From assembly GCA_032718475.1 (NCBI GenBank), contig JAUCBJ010004893.1, positions 186,001 to 250,000 on the forward strand: DNA of 64,000 nt, in the 5' to 3' direction. This stretch comes from Nemertoderma westbladi (taxonomy: Eukaryota > Animalia > Xenacoelomorpha). Numbering within the stretch: the first letter of the stretch is position 1; the number at the start of each line of letters is the position of its first letter. The notes beneath the pieces were generated by a model. It was not told the origin of the DNA, searched no databases, and worked only from the letters and a program-made list of their open reading frames with translations. Below, piece by piece: positions 1-10,794 of the stretch. The translations under genes were made by a program, and so were the position numbers.

Positions 1-995
1 CTGTTACCGGTACTACTGTAGGTAGGTTAGTACCAATTCACAGTTAATAAATACTGCTGTTCTGTGTGCATGACCTACAGCCTTATCAATATTATAAAGT
101 CTGCACTACTAAAGTGTTACAGGTGAGACATGTCCCATTCTGTAGCCCAAACTTATTCGATTTACATGTTACATGTGGGACGTCCCGCCCTGTAACGATT
201 TTTTGTGTTACAGGCTTTTGTTACAGGTGGGACAAAGCTCATGCTGATAAATGTAAAAGCAACTAAAGTCTATTCCATAGTCAATTGTTGCCAAAAATTA
301 TTTCTCACGCAAAAGACCAAGAACTTGGCTATCTTCTGATATTTGAATCTTCATATCAAGTTTGTTAGAACTGATTCTAGAGCATGGTAAAGCAGTGCAC
401 TTGGTGTTACACATGGGACAATCCTAATTGACATAATCGACTCGCACGTATAAAACCAGCCATATCTCTGGTTGTGTTTAGTATTTTTTCGTAAAATCTG
501 GAACATTCCATTTCTTGAAGATTTTCCTTTCAAATAAGAATTTAGTTTATAGAATCCAAATAAAAACCTATTGGTGAATTCAGTTGTTACCGTTTGGGAC
601 AAGTAATTGTCAAAAATAGGGATATATTATCTATTGTTTTATTTAAATATGATATCAATAAAACAATTTGGGAGTTATTCCATTGCATTCCTCTATTATT
701 TATCTTTAAAATGTGCTATAACTTGTTGAATTACACCCAGTAGATGTCAAAATACATCCCCCACAATGCAATGAACTTTTTTGGACAATTGAAAAATCTG
801 CATTTTTTAGTACTAAAAGGTCTGTAAAATCTTTCAAAGTCGGAGTGACAGTATGATTTTTTGTGCATCTGTTGGACCATAAAATTATCTTCAAAAATAT
901 ATATAACTTTACTAGGTTACAAAAAAAATTTCATTCTAAAATTAAGTCGAATCGTGTGGGAAACGTTTTTGGCCACTTTTTGTGAGTTTGGGCCT

Positions 996-1788
996 ACTTT
1001 ACTTTACAGTCCCTGGGATATGGGTCGGTTTATTTGTTTACTTTACAGTCCCTGTGATATGGGTCGGTTTATTTGTTTACTTTACTTTATCCCTGGGATA
1101 TGGGTCGGTTTATTTGTTTACTTTACTTTACAGTCCCTGGGATATGGGTCGGTTTATTTGTTTACTTTACAGTCCCTGGGATATGGGTCGGTTTATTTGT
1201 TTACTTTACTTTATCCCTGGGATATGGGTCGGTTTATTTGTTTACTTTATTTTACAGTCCCTGGGATATGGGTCGGTTTATTTGTTTACTTTACTTTACA
1301 GTCCCTGGGATATGGGTCGGTTTATTTGTTTACTTTACAGTCCCTGGGATATGGGTCGGTTTATTTGTTTACTTTACTTTACAGTCCCTGGGATATGGGT
1401 CGGTTTATTTTTTTACTTTACTTTATCCCTGGGATATGGGTCGGTTTATTTGTTTACTTTACTTTACAATCCGTAGGATATGGGTCGGTTTATTTGTTTA
1501 CTTTACTTTATCCCTGGGATATGGGTCGGTTTATTTGTTTACTTTATTTTACAGTCCCTGGGATATGGGTCGGTTTATTTGTTTACTTTACTTTACAGTC
1601 CCTGGGATATGGGTCGGTTTATTTGTTTACTTTACAGTCCCTGGGATATGGGTCGGTTTATTTGTTTACTTTACTTTACAGTCCCTGGGATATGGGTCGG
1701 TTTATTTGTTTACTTTACAGTCCCTGTGATATGGGTCGGTTTATTTGATTACTTTACTTTACAGTCCCTGGGATATGGGTCGGTTTAT
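996..1788 (+). repeat. Tandem array, 39/41/44-bp units (TTTACTTTACAG|TCCCTGGGATATGGGTCGGTTTATTTG), about 19 copies; amplified ERI1 3' splice site
   Basis: Unit read directly. The last unit runs into the ERI1 exon at 1765. 14 units keep CAG; 5 lack the AG. Confidence 0.95.
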
Positions 1789-1925
1789 GAGAACGCAATG
1801 CGAATTGTCCAGAATCCCGCTGCCCCGATACGCAACTAAGTGGATTAATTTGCGTAAAACCTTCCGTAATTTCTACAAATCTTCCGAAACTAACCCAAAT
1901 ATATCTGTGATGCTGGCCAGTTTCG
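1765..1925 (+). CDS. ERI1: ERI1-family 3'-5' exoribonuclease (DEDDh), penultimate exon (upstream exons not in window)
   Basis: Boundaries tttacag|T ... TTC G|gttagt. Translates xPWDMGRFMRTQCELSRIPLPRYATKWINLRKTFRNFYK...MLASFG, matching the ERI1 pattern WDM..F...QC..S....P.....WIN.RK. Confidence 0.9.
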
Positions 1926-2432
1926 GTTAGTTGTTGATCATAATAATACTTTAAGTAAGTCATTAAACATAAAACATAACTGTAGGATGTGACTTGCGCT
2001 GTTGTTATAACAAACTAGGCTACTGCTATTAACTAATCAACGCACATTATTATCATCTGTAAAGTACATAAATAAATACATTAATTATAATTTTTATAAA
2101 TATACTTTTCTTCAGTTGTATCCATTTTATTATATTAGCGCTAAAAGATATTTTGAGTTGGTTACTGACATTTATTTTGGGGTATTTATGGCCCAGACAG
2201 TAAGAATTTCAGCTATCCTATGCTTCGGGCTACCCTTAGTATATAATGGTACGGCGCCATGGATACAAACCGCAATCGTAGCAATGGATACAAATCGGAA
2301 TTCTGTCGGGACTCTACGCAATCAGAATTAGTCGCCCTTGTGATGAGTAGCGTTCAGGTTTTCACTTTTCGGTCGAAATTGTGTTTATACATTTATCGTG
2401 TTACGTTACTTTTATCTCTATTTATTTAGTGT

Positions 2433-4108
2433 TATATAACGGTTATTTCCATCTTATATAACGGTTATTTCCATCTTATATAACGGTTATTTCCATCTTA
2501 TATAACGGTTATTTCCATCTTATATAACGGTTATTTCCATCTTATATAACGGTTATTTCCATCTTATATAACGGTTATTTCCATCTTATATAACGGTTAT
2601 TTCCATCTTATATAACGGTTATTTCCATCTTATATAACGGTTATTTCCATCTTATATAACGGTTATTTCCATCTTATATAACGGTTATTTCCATCTTATA
2701 TAACGGTTATTTCCATCTTATATAACGGTTATTTCCATCTTATATAACGGTTATTTCCATCTTATATAACGGTTATTTCCATCTTATATAACGGTTATTT
2801 CCATCTTATATAACGGTTATTTCCATCTTATATAACGGTTATTTCCATCTTATATAACGGTTATTTCCATCTTATATAACGGTTATTTCCATCTTATATA
2901 ACGGTTATTTCCATCTTATATAACGGTTATTTCCATCTTATATAACGGTTATTTCCATCTTATATAACGGTTATTTCCATCTTATATAACGGTTATTTCC
3001 ATCTTATATAACGGTTATTTCCATCTTATATAACGGTTATTTCCATCTTATATAACGGTTATTTCCATCTTATATAACGGTTATTTCCATCTTATATAAC
3101 GGTTATTTCCATCTTATATAACGGTTATTTCCATCTTATATAACGGTTATTTCCATCTTATATAACGGTTATTTCCATCTTATATAACGGTTATTTCCAT
3201 CTTATATAACGGTTATTTTCATCTTATATAACGGTTATTTCCATCTTATATAACGGTTATTTCCATCTTATATAACGGTTATTTCCATCTTATATAACGG
3301 TTATTTCCATCTTATATAACGGTTATTTCCATCTTATATAACGGTTATTTCCATCTTATATAACGGTTATTTCCATCTTATATAACGGTTATTTCCATCT
3401 TATATAACGGATATTTCCATCTTATATAACGGTTATTTCCATCTTATATAACGGTTATTTCCATCTTATATAACGGTTATTTCCATCTTATATAACGGTT
3501 ATTTCCATCTTATATAACGGTTATTTTCATCTTATATAACGGTTATTTCCATCTTATATAACGGTTATTTCCATCTTATATAACGGTTATTTCCATCTTA
3601 TATAACGGTTATTTCCATCTTATATAACGGTTATTTCCATCTTATATAACGGTTATTTCCATCTTATATAACGGTTATTTCCATCTTATATAACGGTTAT
3701 TTCCATCTTATATAACGGTTATTTCCATCTTATAAAACGGTTATTTCTATCTTATATAACGGTTATTTCCATCTTATATAACGGTTATTTCCATCTTATA
3801 TAACGGTTATTTCCATCTTATATAACGGTTATTTCCATCTTATATAACGGTTATTTCCATCTTATAATACGGTTATTTCCATCTTATATAACGGTTATTT
3901 CCATCTTACATAACAGTTATTTCCATCTTATATAACGGTTATTTCCATCTTATATAACGGTTATTTCCATCTTATATAACGGTTATTTCCATCTTATATA
4001 ATGGTTATTTCCATCTTATGAAACGGTTATTTCCATCTTATATAACGGTTATTTCCATCTTATATAATGGTTATTTCCATCTTATGAAACGGTTATTTCC
4101 ATCTTATA
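2433..4108. repeat. 22-bp tandem array (TATAACGGTTATTTCCATCTTA)n, about 76 copies, in the last ERI1 intron
   Basis: Period 22, nearly homogeneous; variants cluster at the right end. Confidence 0.97.
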
Positions 4109-4473
4109 TGACCAGTACAGATACAAAATCGTTTATTGTTTTGCTTAGATTCAGGCCAATTGTTGCCTGGTAACCTGGTATTCCTCACATGGGGGTAAAC
4201 TGCAAAGTTAAATTATGTGCTATTGCTTTCTTAGAGTAACGTTACACTGTAACCGACTTTATTACCCCCCACATTAGTGTGAGGAATCGATTTCTGTCTC
4301 TATCAACCCAACACTTCACTCCCATTAATATATTATAATTTTCCCCGATAATATATAACCAGTTTTCATTGCATTAATTGTCTTTATAATTTGACTACCG
4401 GTACCGCTAGAGTCACATCATTTATTTATTTTTACTGAAAATAAACTACCAATTCGATTTGTATTCCCACAAG

Positions 4474-4625
4474 GTATGGAATTTGAAGGCAACGAGCATA
4501 GCGGGTTGGACGATTCTAGAAATATCGCGAGAATTCTGGTCCGAATGTTAGAGGACGGAGCCGTTCCGGACATTAACCAACGCCAGATCTACAAACAATC
4601 CGCAACAAAGGGAAATAAAGTATGA
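4474..4625 (+). CDS. ERI1: ERI1 terminal exon
   Basis: cacaag|GT ATG GAA, phase-compatible with the exon ending at 1925. GMEFEGNEHSGLDDSRNIARILVRMLEDG...KV* contains the ExoIII H-x4-D motif (HSGLDD). Confidence 0.92.
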
Positions 4626-4882
4626 GTTATATAAACCTTAGTGGAGATACCATGTCAGCGTAATCTAGCAACTGTATTACAGAATATCGACTACGAATGA
4701 AGTAAATAAAGTGTTCGAAAGGAATTTACCTGAAGATAATGTTTTTCGCGTAAAATCTATGTAACAGAAATTCCACCGACGTTAATGGTTACGTCGCGTT
4801 TCGGCAACTGTCACGTTTAGGCAACTCAAATTCGCGTTTCGCCAACTGAACAATTACGTTTCACCAACTGCTATAGTTGTGT

Positions 4883-5929
4883 TTAGGCAACTCGTAGTTG
4901 CATTTCGGCAACTCGTAGTTGCATTTCGGCAACTCGTAGTTGCATTTCGGCAACTCGTAGTTGCATTTCGGCAACTCGTAGTTGCATTTCGGCAACTCGT
5001 AGTTGCATTTCGGCTAACTGAAGTTGCATTTCGGCAACTCGTAGTTGCATTTCGGCTAACTGAAGTTGCATTTCGGCAACTCGTAGTTGCATTTCGGCAA
5101 CTCGTAGTTGCATTTCGGCAACTCGTAGTTGCATTTCGGCAACTCGTAGTTGCATTTCGGCAACTCGTAGTTGCATTTCGGCAACTCGTAGTTGCATTTC
5201 GGCAACTCGTAGTTGCCTTTCGGCAACTCGTAGTTGCATTTCGGCAAATCGTAGTTGCATTTCGGCAACTCGTAGTTGCATTTCGGCAACTCGTAGTTGC
5301 ATTTCGGCAACTCGTAGTTGCATTTCGGCAACTCGTAGTTGCATTTCGGCAACTCGTAGTTGCATTTCGGCTAACTGAAGTTGCATTTCGGCAACTCGTA
5401 GTTGCATTTCGGCTAACTGAAGTTGCATTTCGGCAACTCGTAGTTGCATTTCGGCAACTCGTAGTTGCATTTCGGCAACTCGTAGTTGCATTTCGGCAAC
5501 TCGTAGTTGCATTTCGGCAACTCGTAGTTGCATTTCGGCAACTCGTAGTTGCATTTCGGCAACTCGTAGTTGCATTTCGGCAACTCGTAGTTGCCTTTCG
5601 GCAACTCGTAGTTGCATTTCGGCAACTCGTAGTTGCATTTCGGCAACTCGTAGTTGCATTTCGGCAACTCGTAGTTGCATTTCGGCAACTCGTAGTTGCA
5701 TTTCGGCAACTCGTAGTTGCCTTTCGGCAACTCGTAGTTGCATTTCGGCAACTCGTAGTTGCATTTCGGCAACTCGTAGTTGCATTTCGGCAACTCGTAG
5801 TTGCATTTCGGCAACTCGTAGTTGCATTTCGGCAACTCGTAGTTGCATTTCGGCAACTCGTAGTTGCATTTCGGCAACTCGTAGTTGCATTTCGGCAACT
5901 CGTAGTTGCATTTCGGCAACTCGTAGTTG
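4883..5929. repeat. 21-bp tandem array (TTTCGGCAACTCGTAGTTGCA)n, about 50 copies, left arm of the foldback
   Basis: Read directly; explains the FRQLVVA / MQLRVAE / PKCNYEL ORFs. Confidence 0.97.
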
Positions 5930-6619
5930 TCTACTCTATCTACTGAGTCGAACGCGAGTTGAAAAACCAAAATTGAAATGGGGAATAGATAAACAAAGCC
6001 AGGATTTCACTTTTCGGTCGACTTTTTATTGGAATTTTATATGTGAAGATTTTTTATTTTTTTTTAATTTATCTTTATTATGTGTTTTATAGCGCTTATT
6101 TCTGTCTTATAACCTGTACATATACTAATTCGTTTATTGTTTTGGTTAGATTTAGCCCTTCTGTAACCTGTGGTTTTGGTGAAAACCTGGTATTCTTCAC
6201 ATGGGGGTAACTGCCAAGTGAAATATAACGGCAGAAAGTCTGGTATTCTTCACATGGGCCTTGAATTATAAGATCAGGTTGAATTAATAGACTTATAATA
6301 TATCGAATAATATGTAGACATTATATGGAATTATAACATCAGTTTCTATATAACTCGAAGTAGTGTTGGAGTAGGCGTGGGTAAAATAATGTAGAATGAA
6401 AATGAATAATGGGAAACGTAATGAGGCAAAGGTAATAAATAATACTGATTCGCTCTACCCTATGTTGATACAATGCGATGGTGACGTTGAGATTCCATCA
6501 TCTCTATACTGTAGACTCTATACAGTATCCAGTTGGCCTTTGTTTACGAGTTGTCGAACGCATCTATCAGTTTGCCTAAGCGCATCCTGTTAACAGTTGC
6601 CGGAACGCGACTATGAGTT

Positions 6620-7452
6620 TCCGAAACGCGGCTCTAACGCTAGTATCAGTTGCCGAAACGCGGCTCTAACGCTAGTATCAGTTGCCAAACGCGGCTCTAA
6701 CGCTAGTATCAGTTGCCGAAACGCGGCTCTAACGCTAGTATCAGTTGCCGAAACGCGGCTCTAACGCTAGTGTCAGTTTCCGAAACGCGGCTCTAACGCT
6801 AGTATCAGTTGCCGAAACGCGGCTCTAACGCTAGTATCAGTTGCCGAAACGCGGCTCTAACGCTAGTATCAGTTGCCGAAACGCGGCTCTAACGCTAGTA
6901 TCAGTTGCCGAAACGCGGCTCTAACGCTACTATCAGTTGCCGAAACGCGGCTCTAACGCTAGTATCAGTTGCCGAAACGCGGCTCTAACTCTAGTATCAG
7001 TTGCCGAAACGCGGCTCTAACGCTAGTATCAGTTGCCGAAACGCGGCTCTAACGCTAGTATCAGTTGCCGAAACGCGGCTCTAACTCTTGCCGAAACGCG
7101 GCTCTAACGCTACTATCAGTTGCCGAAACGCGGCTCTAACGCTAGTATCAGTTGCCGAAACGCGGCTCTAACGCTAGTATCAGTTACCGAAACGCGGCTC
7201 TAACGCTAGTATCAGTTGCCGAAACGCGGCTCTAACGCTAGTATCAGTTGCCGAAACGCGGCTCTAACGCTAGTATCAGTTGCCGAAACGCGGCTCTAAC
7301 GCTAGTATCAGTTGCCGAAACGCGGCTCTAATGCTAGTATCAGTTGCCGAAACGCGGCTCTAACGCTAGTATCAGTTGCCGAAACGCGGCTCTAATGCTA
7401 GTATCAGTTGCCGAAACGCGGCTCTAACGCTAGTATCAGTTGCCGAAACGCG
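6620..7452. repeat. 32-bp tandem array (GCCGAAACGCGGCTCTAACGCTAGTATCAGTT)n, about 26 copies, right arm of the foldback
   Basis: Read directly; carries AGTTGCCGAAA, the reverse complement of the left-arm core. Confidence 0.95.
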
Positions 7453-7510
7453 ACAACACCGACGTTAATATAAGACGATTATTTATCGAATTCGCTTCAT
7501 TCGAAGCTAA

Positions 7511-8805
7511 GGGGGGTATTACCTGAAGTCTATTATATTTTATTTTTAAAGATACTATGTTGAAATTGTAACAATAATTTGTTATCTTTTTTCTATGAAA
7601 ACTGATTGATTATGGGTAGGTTTTAGGATAGGATTTGGATAGGTTTGTAATTTTGTTTAAAAATATGAAATTTTTCTGCAGGTCGGATTTATCATAAATT
7701 TTATGCAGTTTAAGAAGCTTTTCTTTTTCGAAAATATATTGGTTTTACTATATTTTAGCGAATCATATATTTTACCCCCTACCAAAGTGTTGCAGTTAGA
7801 ATTACACAATCGATTCTAGAACATCCAAATGGCCTTGTTTTACAAAACCAATGCTCACAATAAGTGTAACCCTTTATCTGCTCAACATGATGAAAAATGA
7901 TGACAATTATGAGGAAAAAAGACAAAATTAACTGAGACAAGGGATGTTTTGTACAACTCGTCTCGAGAATCAGCCGTACAAGGGATGTTTTGTACAACTC
8001 GTCTCGAATATCAGCCATACAAGGGATGTTTTGTACAACACGTCTCTAATATCAGCCATACAAGGGATGTTTTGTACAACTCGTCTCGAGAATCAGCCGT
8101 ACAAGGGATGTTTTGTACAACTCGTCTCGAATATCAGCCATACAAGGGATGTTTTGTACAACTCGTCTCGAATATCAGCCATACAAGGGATGTTTTGTAC
8201 AACTCGTCTCGAATATCAGCCATACAAGGGATGTTTTGTACAACTCGTCTCGAATATCAGCCATACAAGGGATGTTTTGTACAACTCGTCTCGAATATCA
8301 GCCATACAAGGGATGTTTTGTACAACTCGTCTCGAATATCAGCCATACAAGGGATGTTTTGTACAACTCGTCTCGAATATCAGCCATACAAGGGATGTTT
8401 TGTACAACTCGTCTCGAATATCAGCCATACAAGGGATGTTTTGTACAACTCGTCTCGAATATCAGCCATACAAGGGATGTTTTGTACAATTCGTCTCGAA
8501 TATCAGCCATAAATTAATGTTAGTCTTGTTTCCACAAATATTATTGGAACTTCGCCGTCCCCTAGAGTAATTTTTTCTCATTTTTAATTTTTTAACAAAT
8601 ACAGTACATTTTTTTAATCTTCGTAAATTTTCAAAAAAAATTCAGGAAAATTTTTATATAAAAATTTCACATTTTGAAAAGTGATGTTTTGTGGTGAAAA
8701 TAACACTCGATGGTGAAAACCAGCATCATCACATAAGAGCCGTTTTATCAACCTACAAAATATATCAAATTTTCCAAAATTCCACTTTCACAGGTAATAC
8801 TCCCC
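7511..8805. mobile_element. Non-autonomous TIR element (Kolobok-like; superfamily tentative)
   Basis: TIRs GGGGGGTATTACCTG / CAGGTAATACTCCCC (14/15), flanked by CTAA and TTAT (possibly a decayed TTAA TSD). Confidence 0.6.
7936..8510. repeat. 41-bp tandem array (ACAAGGGATGTTTTGTACAACTCGTCTCGAATATCAGCCAT)n, about 14 copies
   Basis: Read directly; lies inside the 7511-8805 element. Confidence 0.96.
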
Positions 8806-8969
8806 TTATGTTTACTCCTTGTATCTACTGTATGTAGTTCTAGAAGAATTCCTATTTATTTTTTTACGAATTTTAATACAATGAAATCTTAATAATATTA
8901 TACGGAATTATAATTAGAATGTTATATTAAAATATTTTTTATAAATATGAACGTTGTGTTTTGCTTAAA

Positions 8970-9115
8970 TTCTCCACCACTCCGCGGGGGGGGGGGGGGG
9001 GGGGGGGTGTTAAACATTTAAACATAATTCCCCACCACTCCGCTGGAGGGTGTTAAACATTTAAACATAATTCCCCACCACTCCGCTGGAGGGTGTTAAA
9101 CATTTAAACTTAATT
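8970..9115. repeat. Three copies of an approximately 44-bp unit (CCACCACTCCGCTGGAGGGTGTTAAACATTTAAACATAATT), the first with a poly-G expansion
   Basis: Read directly. Confidence 0.8.
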
Positions 9116-9512
9116 GCCCATCATCATCCATCTAATCTTGAATTAATTTGCCCTACTTAAATCCACGTGATCATGATAAGTACGTCGGATAGAGGAGAGG
9201 CTGACGATAACCACTATACACCCAAATATATACTAATTGCCTTCAACCATCAAAAGTTAAATGTTGCGAAAATTACTAAAGTGGGCCTCTCGTGGGGACC
9301 TAATTGCTTCGCTGCGTTCGTCAACCACACCTTAGGAACGCTATGTAACTAAAGCCGGGTTCACATTGGCGTGTAGATACACGCTACATGGACACGTGGT
9401 AGAGTGTAGATTTATTTCTGAGAAGCGTGTAGGTACCCCAAGGTTGGTGTATCTACACGCTAAATCCTCCTACACGCACACCCCTGTAGCGGGCTCACAT
9501 TGCAGTGTATAC

Positions 9513-10794
9513 TAGGGATGCGACAGAGCTAAAATTTCATCCGGAGCCGGAGCCCGGAGGTTCTCCGGGTTACATTATGAGCTCCGGCCGGAGACGGAGC
9601 CGGAGGTTTGGTGATTGATAATTCAAGTGTATTTTTATAGTAGACATAGACATGTATGTGTTCATGATACAGGGGGGGGGGGGATTTGATGCAAATTCTT
9701 ACTCAATTATCAATTAAGGAAAATGAGCAGTTTACAGTCGCATTCTAGTTGCATTGCTATTCTATTCTAATCAAAACAATAAACTATATTCAATAGAACA
9801 GGTTACAGTTTTATTATTGGGAGTAATCAGCCGATATTTGCGTCGATTTTCTCCTGGATAGGAATGCATTCCGTCCAAAGACTCCCTCATCTGGTGTTCA
9901 ATGGGCTAAAATATATTGTAATGTTTTAGACTTTTCAGTTCACACTCATTACACAAACTCTGTTATATTTATTTCTTACGACTAGACTATCAGTAACTTT
10001 GGTTTGTTGTCAAGTTATTATCGACGCTATTTTTATGGGACATTGTGTAATTAATTTCCAGGAGTTGGTGCAGTTTTCATTATATTGTCATTGATAAACG
10101 ATAAAACATGTACCACCTACCTTACGTACGTAGGCTGGCATAAACCGGATATCTAAAATAATATTAGTAATTTGGATATATCACAACTGTTTAGAGGGTC
10201 CTCGGGCTCTATTTACATTATTGAATCACGAACTGAAATACAATCTCCGCACATAAATATTGTATAACTATTAAAATTATTATTACATAAATTTAATAAA
10301 CATATAATTCTATAATATGAATTAGTTCTAGAATTATAAGTATTTAAACTGATTACTTTATACAAATGAATGAACAGTACCAGCCTGTTGGGGATGGGGT
10401 GGGGGGGGGGGGGGGGGTCAGTGGAATGGGGGTTCTAGAACGAAACGATAGTACATGTATTTAAGATTTTTTAATTAGGGAAGAATATCAATTGAATTAA
10501 CTGAATCATTTCAATATTTTTGTTCAAACATTTAAACAATTTCACAATGGGGGTGGGGGGATATCAGGAAACTTAAAAAAAACTAGCTGTAAATTACTTA
10601 ATGAGTTATTATGTTAATTACTATGATATTTACATTATTCATACATCAGAAAAACTTATTATTTTAATTCGAATTTAAACAATATAAGCTCCGGATTGGC
10701 TCCGGGTTAATTTGCCCGGAGCCGGAACCAGAGCCGGAACTAGAAACTTGGCCCGGAGCTCCGGAGCCGGAGCCGGAGCTATGTCGCATCCGTA
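9513..10794. mobile_element. hAT-type MITE inserted in the first unit of the 33-bp array
   Basis: TIRs TAGGGATGCGACAGAGCT / AGCTATGTCGCATCCGTA (16/18); 8-bp TSD GTGTATAC (9505-9512, 10795-10802); subterminal CCGGAG repeats at both ends. Confidence 0.9.

Larger units (their letters stand above)
4787..7460. mobile_element. Non-autonomous Mutator/MULE-type foldback element
   Basis: TIRs GGTtacGTCGCGTTTCGGCAACTG / CAGTTGCCGAAACGCGACaacACC; perfect 9-bp TSD GACGTTAAT (4778-4786, 7461-7469); subterminal TTTCGGCAACT motifs in both arms. Confidence 0.85.

Noticed and set aside
44-122. Possible upstream ERI1 exon (cacag|...TTACAG|gtgaga)
   Set aside because: The phase-compatible translation (NKYCCSVCMTYSLINIIKSALLKCY) lacks the expected ...TDG/TDC before PWD and shows no ERI1 similarity.
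260-900. Minus-strand short ORFs as a decayed transposase
   Set aside because: No motif I can identify with confidence.
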